Source: Bacteroidota bacterium (GTDB lineage: Bacteria > Bacteroidota > Bacteroidia > AKYH767-A > OLB10). Taken from it: 64,000 nt of DNA. The stretch covers positions 2,883 through 66,882 of the forward strand of contig JANXSD010000087.1 in NCBI GenBank assembly GCA_025352785.1, read 5' to 3'. This document shows, in pieces, positions 1 to 8,865 of the stretch. A program made the translations under genes and the position numbers. The stretch's first letter is position 1; each line of letters begins with the position of its first letter. Under the pieces are notes generated by a model, which ran no database searches, had not been told where the DNA came from, and saw nothing but the letters and a program-made list of their open reading frames with translations.

Positions 1-1798
1 GCGATAGCTCTAAATTAAAAGCTTCACTTCCTACATTATCTGTATTTCCCTGAATCTCTACTTGCAAAGAAGGGTAATATTTCATTAATTCGATGATACG
101 AATAAGTTCATTTTTAGATGTTTCTTTCAACGCATAAATTCCAGTTTCGAAAAATATATTGTGAAGTATGATTCCATTACCTGGCTTAATCGGTTTCATC
201 TCTACATTTTTCGTTACTTCTTTATATCCTTTAGGATCCAGCAGATCAAAATTTTCAGATTCGAAAAGATATCCTTTTGAAGTGATTACCGTTCCATAAT
301 TTTTTCCTGCTGGCAAAGAAATTAAATACTCTCCTGTTTTAGCATCGTTAGTGAATTTCCCAATTGTTTGATTAATATCAAGATCGATTACTTCAATTTC
401 CGCAGCAATAGGAAGACCAGTTTCTGAGTCAGTAATTTTTCCTTGTAGCAAAACCATTTTTGTTATAGGTTCTTTACGTTCTAAATAATCGATACGATAA
501 ATATCTTTTTCACCATGCCCACCAGTTCTATACGAACTATAATATCCAGTTCTTCCATCAGCACTTACCTGAAAAAAAACTTCGTCTCCAGGAGTATTAA
601 TTGGTATTCCTAAATTAACGGGTGCCGACCATTTACTTCCATCCCAATCAGCATAAAAAATATCATAACCTCCAATAGTGTTATGACCTTTGGATGAAAA
701 ATATAAGGTCTTACCATCTGGATGCATGAAAACACCCTCTTCGTCATTCGCAGTGTTAATTACTGGCCCTAAATTTTGTGCTTCCTTCCACATTTTTTTA
801 TCCACATCATAAGCACTTTTATATATATCTCTTCCTCCGAAACCGCCCTCGCGATCACTTACAAAATACAAGGTTCTTCCATCAGGCGAAAAGCATGCAC
901 TCGATTCATGATATTCCGAATTAATATTTGCGCCAAGGCTCACAGGGACAGTCCAATTAAAACCATTATTTGTTGAGAGAAATAAATCGCCACCATTCAC
1001 ATCGCCGCGAAAAATAATTACAGAATGACCATCAACAGATAAACCAACAGCAGCATCATGACTTATCGTATTTATTGGTGCTCCCAAATTTTTGGGAACT
1101 GACCAACCACTCGATTCCTTAGTTGATAAATAAACATCTTCAAAATAATCACCATCGTAATCATCGATACCACCACCTGTTGTTTCAGGACGACGAGAAG
1201 TGAAGAAAAGCAATTTTGCATCTGCGCTAAGTAAAGGTATATAATCACCTTCAATAGAATTTATTTTATCAAGATTCGATATTGCAACATTAACAGTATC
1301 TATCGAAAGTTTTTTACCATTTTCACATTCATGAATACGCTGGGTTACTAATGCTTTTTCCGTTTGATCATCTTTCGATAGCCGTTGCGTATAATCAATA
1401 TAAGATTTTATCGCATTATCCCAATCACTATTTAAGTGATATCCGAAACCAATATAATAATTTAGTTTAGGATCAATGGATGGATCTAAAGTTTTGGCCT
1501 TTAAAAAATAGTTAAGTGATTCAAACTGGCGACTAGTTTTTAGAATACATAATCCAATACGCAGATTCAAAAGGGCGTTATTTGGGTTAAACACCTGTGC
1601 TTTTTCCAGGAAAGGCAATGCTAATTTATAGGCACCTTCGCTCTGATCCATAATTTTAGAGCCTTTATTTAAATTTTGTACAGCTTCTTTAAGTCCAGCA
1701 TCGTTATCGCGAAAAGCTGCTCGTTCGAATGGAATTGACTGTGCAATAGCTTGATGCATATTTAAAATCAGCAAGAAGAGTAGGAATCGTCTAATCAT
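1..1798 (-). CDS. OmpA-family outer-membrane protein with N-terminal TPR-like region and TolB-like (PD40) repeats; C-terminus truncated by window edge
   Basis: Reverse-complement translation from the ATG at 1796-1798 gives a signal peptide (MIRRFLLFLLILNMHQAIAQ), repeated PD40-like DG..LYF.S.R.GG.G..DIY units and an OmpA-like C-terminal motif (VEIQGNTDNVGS). It is absent from the ORF track because there is no stop codon inside the window. Confidence 0.6.
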   Translation of the reverse strand, partial: MIRRFLLFLLILNMHQAIAQSIPFERAAFRDNDAGLKEAVQNLNKGSKIMDQSEGAYKLALPFLEKAQVFNPNNALLNLRIGLCILKTSRQFESLNYFLKAKTLDPSIDPKLNYYIGFGYHLNSDWDNAIKSYIDYTQRLSKDDQTEKALVTQRIHECENGKKLSIDTVNVAISNLDKINSIEGDYIPLLSADAKLLFFTSRRPETTGGGIDDYDGDYFEDVYLSTKESSGWSVPKNLGAPINTISHDAAVGLSVDGHSVIIFRGDVNGGDLFLSTNNGFNWTVPVSLGANINSEYHESSACFSPDGRTLYFVSDREGGFGGRDIYKSAYDVDKKMWKEAQNLGPVINTANDEEGVFMHPDGKTLYFSSKGHNTIGGYDIFYADWDGSKWSAPVNLGIPINTPGDEVFFQVSADGRTGYYSSYRTGGHGEKDIYRIDYLERKEPITKMVLLQGKITDSETGLPIAAEIEVIDLDINQTIGKFTNDAKTGEYLISLPAGKNYGTVITSKGYLFESENFDLLDPKGYKEVTKNVEMKPIKPGNGIILHNIFFETGIYALKETSKNELIRIIELMKYYPSLQVEIQGNTDNVGSEAFNLELS

Positions 1799-1874
1799 GG
1801 AATAAAATTAATGTTTAACCTGAAACTTTTTGTAATCTTGATGCACTAACTATCAACAACAGTTTGTAGACAAT

Positions 1875-2405
1875 ATGAATCAGGGAGATGAACGTCATCG
1901 GCAGTTTCTGGCTCTTTATAGCCCTTTACATGAGCGATTAGTGCGTTTTGTGCAGGTGTTGATATGGGATAAAGAAGAAGTAAGGGATATCGTTTCTGAC
2001 ACTGTATTAGCAGCCATGGAGCAATTTAACAAAGTACAACATCCTGATGCATTTCTATATTATCTATTCACAATAGCACGAAGGAAAGTAAATATGTATA
2101 TTACCCGAAAGCAACGATTTGTTCCACTCGATGTACATAACATTGATGAACCTATTGATAATAGCAAAGGAGTATTAGAGCAATTAAATTCTAAAGAGTT
2201 GCATTCTGCCATCCTCCAATTACCTGAACTGTATCGCGAATCACTCGTATTATTTGAGTTAAGTGGTTTTAGCATTCGAGAAATTTCAGGATTACTTACC
2301 ATATCAGAAAATGGCATAAAATCACGACTAGTTCGTGCAAGAATAATGTTATCTAAAAAACTGGAGGGAGAACTCCATGAACGAAATACCAAAAATGCAA
2401 GTTGA
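1875..2405 (+). CDS. ECF-type RNA polymerase sigma-70 factor
   Basis: 176 aa. Region-2-like N-terminal half and region-4 HTH (ESLVLFELSGFSIREISGLLTISENGIKSRLVRARIMLSKKL). Size and architecture are typical of the ECF subfamily. Confidence 0.8.
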   Translation: MNQGDERHRQFLALYSPLHERLVRFVQVLIWDKEEVRDIVSDTVLAAMEQFNKVQHPDAFLYYLFTIARRKVNMYITRKQRFVPLDVHNIDEPIDNSKGVLEQLNSKELHSAILQLPELYRESLVLFELSGFSIREISGLLTISENGIKSRLVRARIMLSKKLEGELHERNTKNAS

Positions 2406-3243
2406 AGGAGATGAGTTAGAGCCGCGCAAGACAGGCAATACTCAACTAGATCGCTTATTAAATGAGGCCGCAGCTATGCCTCTTGCAATAAGTAGTGAAG
2501 AGATGTTCCATCTTATTCCTAAATCAAGTCCTACTTCTTCAAATCGGTTGGGCAATTTCAATTGGATTATTACAGGGGCAATTCTGCTTACTGGTCTCGT
2601 GCTTTACACACTACTTTCAAAACGAAATATTAATCCGTTAAAAGAAAATAGTATTTCAAATAATCATCTTGCAATTGAGCCAACAATAAAAAGTGAAGCA
2701 GCAAAAGAAGCTTCAGAAAAAAATATTACTGCTTCCACTAAAGATAATAATTCAAGTAATTTATCTATTCAGAAAAAGTCAAGTAAGGAAGCTAAAGAAA
2801 CAGCATCAAATAAAAACAGTATTTATTTAGAAGGCACGAAAACTGTTCTACTAACTCACGAAAATAAAATTATTTCGATAGAGTTGAACCGATTTGGCGT
2901 GAAAAAAATTATTGATGATGGCGTTTTAGTAAGTGTAGATAATTATTCAAATTATAATCAGGATATCGAACAAGCATCTATAAGATCCGGCATTAAATTT
3001 AAATTGGAAGAGAAAAAACATCTTTCAAAAAAAGAAGAATTAGCAGAAGCTATAATACAAGGATTGTACAAGGAGAATTTGCTTGTTGAGGGTCAATCGT
3101 ACGACTTAAATATTAGTAATGAAGAGGCGATTTTAAATGGAAAAGTATTGTCAAGTGAAAATCGTAAGAAAATGCTTGAAATAATCGAACAAACAACTGG
3201 AAAAAAACTTCCATCAGACGGGAAAATTCATATTCGACATTAG
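2377..3243 (+). CDS. putative membrane-anchored anti-sigma factor (single transmembrane helix, Lys/Ser-rich periplasmic linker)
   Basis: It overlaps the sigma factor 3' end by 29 nt (translational coupling). It has a cytoplasmic N-terminal segment, then one hydrophobic helix (WIITGAILLTGLVLYTLL), then a low-complexity linker and a C-terminal domain. The call rests on position and topology only. Confidence 0.45.
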   Translation: MNEIPKMQVEGDELEPRKTGNTQLDRLLNEAAAMPLAISSEEMFHLIPKSSPTSSNRLGNFNWIITGAILLTGLVLYTLLSKRNINPLKENSISNNHLAIEPTIKSEAAKEASEKNITASTKDNNSSNLSIQKKSSKEAKETASNKNSIYLEGTKTVLLTHENKIISIELNRFGVKKIIDDGVLVSVDNYSNYNQDIEQASIRSGIKFKLEEKKHLSKKEELAEAIIQGLYKENLLVEGQSYDLNISNEEAILNGKVLSSENRKKMLEIIEQTTGKKLPSDGKIHIRH

Positions 3244-3278
3244 CACACACAGGTTTTTCATTAGTAGGGGTCAATATC

Positions 3279-4235
3279 TTGCTGCTTTGGCCCCTACCTT
3301 TTCTTTACCTTTTGCATCTTTGCAGTATGATTACATTAAACGCGATTGCACATTTAAAAACAAAACAGTATTCCCTGTTCATTCTGCTGGTATTTACTTT
3401 CATTAATACGTATTCCCAAGAAGGAACATTAAGTAAAAATGAACTGTTTTCTATCCCAACCGAAAAGGTAGCCGTAGCATCTGGATATAGTTTTAAAATT
3501 GCTGCTGATTCCAAAGAGAACATCGCTTTCAATGCTTGTTCACGACAAATCGTTTTTATTTTTGATACAAAAGGGAATCAAATCGATAGCTTAAAAGTTC
3601 CTACCGATAAATGTTTGCGGGCAATGGAATATGATGAAAACGATAATCTTTTGATAATGGATAATGATGAAACGAAAATATTTAGATACAATTCGCAAAC
3701 TAAAAAACTAGAAACCTTAGTGTATAACAAGCCTGAAGACTGGTATAGTTTATTAAATCATTATTATAAAAGTTTTGAGATACCTACTATTCCTACCTTT
3801 TACAGCAACAATGATTACTTGCAAGATTTTTATTTTACACGATTTAATTACTCCTATAATTTATATTTGAATTATAAAAACGGCTTTATATATCAAGCAC
3901 ATTATAATTTTATAAAAAAGATTAATAACCATAAAAGTTATGCGAATTTAAAGAGAGAAAATTATTGGTTTTCAGATAATGTTACACCCAAAAGTAAATT
4001 GCTATTAATTAATGATGAACAAAAATCGGTAGTTTATTATGATCGATTCTACAATCTGATTTACGAGAATTTCATCACCAATAAATTAGTAGTGAATGCT
4101 GCATTGGAAACGAATTCCGAACCTGCTCGTTTTGATTATTGTACCAACATTAAACAAGATAAAATTTTTGGCATCAGTGGATTCAATAAAAAGAACATAA
4201 TAATCTCTAGTTGGAAGTTTAGTGAGAACCCCTGA
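3279..4235 (+). CDS. hypothetical secreted protein (Tyr/Asn/Phe-rich); likely true start at M17 (3327)
   Basis: A signal peptide follows the internal Met (MITLNAIAHLKTKQYSLFILLVFTFINTYSQEG). No recognisable domain. It is co-directional with, and immediately downstream of, the sigma / anti-sigma pair. Confidence 0.5.
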   Translation: MLLWPLPFLYLLHLCSMITLNAIAHLKTKQYSLFILLVFTFINTYSQEGTLSKNELFSIPTEKVAVASGYSFKIAADSKENIAFNACSRQIVFIFDTKGNQIDSLKVPTDKCLRAMEYDENDNLLIMDNDETKIFRYNSQTKKLETLVYNKPEDWYSLLNHYYKSFEIPTIPTFYSNNDYLQDFYFTRFNYSYNLYLNYKNGFIYQAHYNFIKKINNHKSYANLKRENYWFSDNVTPKSKLLLINDEQKSVVYYDRFYNLIYENFITNKLVVNAALETNSEPARFDYCTNIKQDKIFGISGFNKKNIIISSWKFSENP

Positions 4236-4362
4236 TAATGCATTTTTCTATTCATTTGGTGGATGCTAATGATTCTCATTTGAAATATTGGTTTGTGGCA
4301 ATTCCGTCAAAACATAAAGAATATCAAGGTGTAAATTAAATTCGGCATTTGTCGTATTTTTA

Positions 4363-4833
4363 ATGACAAATGACTATATTTGGGGTTATAGTTTAGAAAT
4401 CATGGGAAAGAGAGCCTATAAAATTAGTGCGGATGCATCATTTAATCTGGTAAATGAGTCGGATACAATTTCTTTGATAGAAATGGTTCGACATGGGATA
4501 AAATTCACTTTGTTTCAAGCCTTTGCTTTAAAAAGTCCATTTTCCTTAAATGAGTGGTCAAACTTGCTACATATATCGGAGCGCACGATGCAACGATATC
4601 AAAAAGAGGAAAAGAAATTTGATCCTATCCAATCAGAAAAAATTCTTCAAATTGCACTTTTATTTCAGTTGGGCACTCATGTATTTGGTGATAGACAAAA
4701 ATTTAATTCGTGGATAGATAGCAACAATGTTGCATTAGGTGGTATAAAGCCTAAAAGTCTACTTGATAACACTTTTGGGATTGAATTAATCAAAGATGAA
4801 TTAACGAAAATTGAGCATGGCATTTTAGCATGA
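4363..4833 (+). CDS. DUF2384-family (Xre-like, ParS/MbcA-type) antitoxin
   Basis: The C-terminal half matches the DUF2384 pattern (SERTMQRY...SEKILQIALLF...VFGD...WIDSNNVALGGIKPKSLLDNTFGIELIKDEL..IEHGI). Its stop overlaps the toxin start (ATGA at 4830-4833). An alternative start at M14 (4402) is possible. Confidence 0.7.
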   Translation: MTNDYIWGYSLEIMGKRAYKISADASFNLVNESDTISLIEMVRHGIKFTLFQAFALKSPFSLNEWSNLLHISERTMQRYQKEEKKFDPIQSEKILQIALLFQLGTHVFGDRQKFNSWIDSNNVALGGIKPKSLLDNTFGIELIKDELTKIEHGILA

Positions 4834-5291
4834 TTGTTTTCCGTTTGTGCAAATCGAAATACTGTCATGACCTTTCAGGAAGTGGAGCAGAAAAATCTGG
4901 AGGACGTTGGAACAGCAAAGGAATTTCAATGCTGTATACAAGTAACTCGAGAGCACTTTGCACTACCGAAATCGCTGCACATACTCCTCTAGGAATTCTT
5001 CCTTCCGATTATTTTTTAATCACCATTGAAGTACCTGATTTGTTTTACATTTTTGAGGTAAACACTTCTAAATTACCTTCAAATTGGAAAGATTTTCCTC
5101 CACCAAAATCAACACAAAGGATTGGCGACAAATTCATTGTTGAGAATAATTATTTAGTGATGAAAGTACCTTCAGTTATTGTTCAAGGCGAATACAATTA
5201 TTTGTTTCATCCACATCATAAAAGTTTCAATCAAATAACCATTTTAAAAGTAGAAGCCTTTGAATTTAATAAACGACTTTTTGAACGATAG
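4830..5291 (+). CDS. RES-domain toxin (MbcT/ParT-like NAD+-targeting toxin family)
   Basis: 153 aa. Conserved RES-domain core SGAEKSGGRWNSKGISMLYTSNSRALCTTEI, with Arg in GGRWN, Glu in TTE and a following Ser. Overlapping start/stop with the upstream DUF2384 gene is the canonical RES-Xre operon layout. Confidence 0.75.
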   Translation: MIVFRLCKSKYCHDLSGSGAEKSGGRWNSKGISMLYTSNSRALCTTEIAAHTPLGILPSDYFLITIEVPDLFYIFEVNTSKLPSNWKDFPPPKSTQRIGDKFIVENNYLVMKVPSVIVQGEYNYLFHPHHKSFNQITILKVEAFEFNKRLFER

Positions 5292-5302
5292 ACATAAAAA
5301 AA

Positions 5303-5340
5303 TGCCCTGAAGTATGAAAACTTCAGGGCATTTATATTTT
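5303..5340. terminator. bidirectional rho-independent terminator between the RES toxin gene (+) and rpmA (-)
   Basis: Perfect 11-bp stem tgccctgaagt / acttcagggca with a 6-nt loop. It is flanked by an A7 run upstream and TTTATATTTT downstream, which gives a U-tract on both strands. Confidence 0.75.
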
Positions 5341-5348
5341 AGTATTAC

Positions 5349-5612
5349 TTATGCTTCAGCGATTGGCTGAACGTATACGTATGATCTATCATCTGTTTTT
5401 TTGCGGAAAACTACTGTTCCATCAACCAAAGCAAAGAGTGTATGATCTTTACCGATACCAACATTATCAGCAGGATGATGTTTTGTTCCACGTTGACGAA
5501 CGATAATGTTACCAGCGATTACACGCTGACCACCAAAAATTTTAATTCCTAATCGCTTGCTATGTGACTCGCGACCATTTCGGGAACTACCAACACCTTT
5601 TTTATGTGCCAT
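5349..5612 (-). CDS. rpmA: 50S ribosomal protein L27
   Basis: [28 protein letters not shown]... is the canonical L27 N-terminus; 87 aa. Confidence 0.95.
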   Translation of the reverse strand: MAHKKGVGSSRNGRESHSKRLGIKIFGGQRVIAGNIIVRQRGTKHHPADNVGIGKDHTLFALVDGTVVFRKKTDDRSYVYVQPIAEA

Positions 5613-5646
5613 TGTATTTTAGATAATAGGGATTCGAATGAATGAA

Positions 5647-5958
5647 TTAAGCGTTGATCTTATCGATCTGGATCTTAGTAAATGATTGGCGATGACCATT
5701 CAATTTCTGATATCCTTTACGGCGCTTTTTCTTGAAGATAAGCACCTTGTCACCTTTAACGTGAGCTAAAACCTTTGCAGATACAGAAGCACCTGACACT
5801 GTAGGAATCCCTACCGTAACAGATCCATTGTTCTCAACCAATAATACTTGGTCAAAATTTACTGTATCGCCTTCGTTTGCGTCGAGACGGTGTACAAATA
5901 CGGGAGCATTTTCCTGAACTTTAAATTGCTGACCGGCAATATTTACAATCGCGTACAT
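5647..5958 (-). CDS. rplU: 50S ribosomal protein L21
   Basis: MYAIVNIAGQQFKVQEN... is the canonical L21; it sits immediately upstream of rpmA, as in most bacteria. Confidence 0.95.
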   Translation of the reverse strand: MYAIVNIAGQQFKVQENAPVFVHRLDANEGDTVNFDQVLLVENNGSVTVGIPTVSGASVSAKVLAHVKGDKVLIFKKKRRKGYQKLNGHRQSFTKIQIDKINA

Positions 5959-6565
5959 GATTTCGTTATAATTTTACTTCCCCAAAAGGGAGGGCAAAGA
6001 TAGGATTCTAAATTAGAATAAACAACCGTCTGTTAACTAAATTTTGTTAAGCCTAGTAGTTGCACAGCATTTCATTACCAAATATATAAAAATATTGATT
6101 TGAATTCACTTAAAATAAAGTTCTAATAATTGATTTCCAATTACTTATAAGCGACCTTGAAGTCGTAAAACCTTAATTAATATGAACAAGCTTACCTAAT
6201 TTAACGTAAGATAATTCTCCAAATTCTCCCAGTAAATACTTTATGGAACAAAATTAGGTTAGATTAAATTAAGTTCCGGCTCTCCAATAAATAGACTTGA
6301 TAACTATAGAATACATATAATTAGCGAAGCAATGACGTCCCTTTACGCCAAACCAATTAACGATCAAAATCGCGTAACAGCAAACCAAGCGGCAATTGGG
6401 TATTCACAAATTACCGAAGAAAAGTAGAAAGGTCGTTTAGGAAAAGGTGATGAGATTTCAAAATTTTTTATCTGAAAAAAGAATAATAACTATCCCACAT
6501 TTTTCACATAGAAAACCACTTTATACCAACTGCCTTGGCAATTGGTATTAACTAAGTGAAGAATG

Positions 6566-7459
6566 CTAACTGGATGATTTTATTTTTTGCTTACTAATTA
6601 AAAATACACCAGCTAATATGGCAAGCATCGCAAAGAGATGTAAGGGATTAAGTGCTTCGCCATCGGCAATTCCCCAAAAGAGTGCAACAACTGGAATCAA
6701 ATAGGTTACAGCAGAAGCAAATAATGGTGTCGAAATTTTCACCATTTGAAAATATAAAACATTCGACAATGCAGTTCCCATTAAACCAAGAATGCACAAG
6801 AATCCAAAAGCTGTCCATGCGCCAGGTTGATGTTGAAGTTTAAAAGTAAAATCGCTGCTCAATAAAAAAACAGCGTATGGTATTCCAACGAATAGCAATG
6901 AAATTCCCGAGATTAAAATGGAGTCAATTCCACTTAAATATGTTTTGATGGTATTCACACTTAATCCATAAAACAAGCAAGCGATTACAATTAAAGCTGC
7001 GTATCCTGCGTCAGATGAAAGCCCGCCATCAGCACGAACGAGAATTAATCCTGCTGCACCTAAAAAGCCGATTCCCACTCCCAACATTTGTCGACCCGAA
7101 AATTTTGAGTGAAAGAAAAACCCTCCTACTAGCATCGTAAACATGGGGGTGAGTGCATTTAACATTCCCGCTAAGGAACTATTAATTCGTGTTTGTGCTG
7201 TTGCAAATAAAAATGCGGGTATTCCTGATCCCAAGAATCCAACAACTGCTAAATATTTTAATGAAACCTTTGGAACTGTTTTTATTCTTCCTGCGATCAA
7301 TGGAAAAGATGCTAAACATGCAATGGAAATTCTTATAGCTGCGAGTTGATCTGGACGAAATACTTTCAATCCTTGCTTCATTAAAATAAAGGAACTTCCC
7401 CATATTAATGAAAGAGCTAATAATAAAAGCCATTTTAAATTGGATTTGTTAGCGATCAT
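6566..7459 (-). CDS. EamA/DMT-family transporter (10 predicted transmembrane helices)
   Basis: 297 aa, two repeated 5-helix halves, hydrophobic throughout. Confidence 0.8.
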   Translation of the reverse strand: MIANKSNLKWLLLLALSLIWGSSFILMKQGLKVFRPDQLAAIRISIACLASFPLIAGRIKTVPKVSLKYLAVVGFLGSGIPAFLFATAQTRINSSLAGMLNALTPMFTMLVGGFFFHSKFSGRQMLGVGIGFLGAAGLILVRADGGLSSDAGYAALIVIACLFYGLSVNTIKTYLSGIDSILISGISLLFVGIPYAVFLLSSDFTFKLQHQPGAWTAFGFLCILGLMGTALSNVLYFQMVKISTPLFASAVTYLIPVVALFWGIADGEALNPLHLFAMLAILAGVFLISKQKIKSSS

Positions 7460-8829
7460 TTACCTCTTCTTGCTTTACCAAATTTGGAAGAATCACCTGG
7501 ATTCTTACTTCTATTTCTTTTACTATTTGAAGACTCCGTTTTACTATCTTTAAGAGCCTTTGCGTTTTTTATTGCAAGAATCTTTGCAGCTTCTTTCTTC
7601 TCATGAAATGCACCTTTAAAATTTGGATCATCTAAATGTTTTTGACGATCCATCTCGCGAGCCATGTCCTGTTTCTCATCGTATTCAGTAGGCACTCTTC
7701 GTACTCCTTCAGGAAAAATAGATTCAGGAATTGTTTGTTTAATTAACCGTGAAATCTTTTTCAAATGATATTCATCAGCAGGTGTTACAAACGTGATCGA
7801 CTTACCCGTTTTAAATGCTCTTCCTGTCCGACCAATACGATGAACATAATCTTCGTAAATAATAGGAGTATCAAAATTAATTACATGACTAACGTCAACA
7901 ATATCTAATCCACGAGCTGCAACATCGGTACAAACTAAAATCCGAATTGGATCATTACGAAAAGCTTCCATTGCATTGATACGTGTTTGTTGTGTTTTAT
8001 TTCCATGAATAATTCGAACTTCATCAACACCATAAACACGCTCTAAATATTTTCCGATATTAGATGCAATAACTTTTGTTTTGCAGAAGATGATCGTTTT
8101 TGTAAATTCTTCCTCTGCTAAAAAATGCTCTAACAAATTTAACTTCGTACGCATGTTAGGAACCTTATAATATTCCTGACTTACCGTTTCTGCTGTACGT
8201 ACTTCTGGTGTGATGTGAATCTCAATGGGGAAATCGAGAAAGTCACCTGATATTTTTTTTACAAGATCAGACATCGTTGCAGAAAACAATAAATTTTGTC
8301 TTTTCTGTGGAACAATTTCAAGGATGCGATGAAACTGATTCATGAAACTTTTATCCATCAATCGCTCTGCTTCATCCATCACAAAATGTTTAATCTTTCG
8401 TGAGTTAATATGACCTTCGAGATAGAGATCGAGAAATCTTCCAGGGCTTGCAACCAAGATATCAATACCTTTTTTTATATCTGCAATTTGATCCTTCGCA
8501 CCAGAACCACCAAATACAACAGCATGACGAAGTCCAGTATATTTTCCAAGATCTTCAATAGTTTTTCCAACTTGAATTGAAAGTTCACGCGTAGGAACCA
8601 ATATTAAAGCTCTAGGATCATCCCCTTGAGGATAATTCAAAATTCTTAATAGGGGTAAAAGATAAGCAGCTGTTTTCCCCGTTCCAGTTTGTGCAATACC
8701 CATCACATCCTGTCCACCTAAAATTGCAGGGATTGCTTTTTCTTGTATTGCAGTTGGCGTTGTATAACCCATTTCTGCAATCGCATTCAGCAGTTGCTTA
8801 TTTAATTTAAAATCCTGGAATAATTGCAA
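7456..8829 (-). CDS. DEAD-box ATP-dependent RNA helicase (RhlE-like) with basic C-terminal tail; probable TTG start
   Basis: Q-motif (TPTAIQ), Walker A (AQTGTGKT), DEAE box (MDEAERLMD), SAT, ARGLD and HRIGRTGRA motifs. The first codon of the ORF is TTG. Confidence 0.9.
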   Translation of the reverse strand: MQLFQDFKLNKQLLNAIAEMGYTTPTAIQEKAIPAILGGQDVMGIAQTGTGKTAAYLLPLLRILNYPQGDDPRALILVPTRELSIQVGKTIEDLGKYTGLRHAVVFGGSGAKDQIADIKKGIDILVASPGRFLDLYLEGHINSRKIKHFVMDEAERLMDKSFMNQFHRILEIVPQKRQNLLFSATMSDLVKKISGDFLDFPIEIHITPEVRTAETVSQEYYKVPNMRTKLNLLEHFLAEEEFTKTIIFCKTKVIASNIGKYLERVYGVDEVRIIHGNKTQQTRINAMEAFRNDPIRILVCTDVAARGLDIVDVSHVINFDTPIIYEDYVHRIGRTGRAFKTGKSITFVTPADEYHLKKISRLIKQTIPESIFPEGVRRVPTEYDEKQDMAREMDRQKHLDDPNFKGAFHEKKEAAKILAIKNAKALKDSKTESSNSKRNRSKNPGDSSKFGKARRGK

Positions 8830-8865
8830 AATATTTTATTTAGATACTATTATTAAAATGAATAA

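Noticed and set aside
2060-2392. 110-aa minus-strand ORF antisense to the ECF sigma factor gene
   Set aside because: It is entirely within the well-supported sigma-70 ORF on the opposite strand, and its translation has no recognisable features.
5613-5646. Possible small gene between rplU and rpmA (as ysxB in Firmicutes)
   Set aside because: The gap is only 34 nt, so no ORF can fit.
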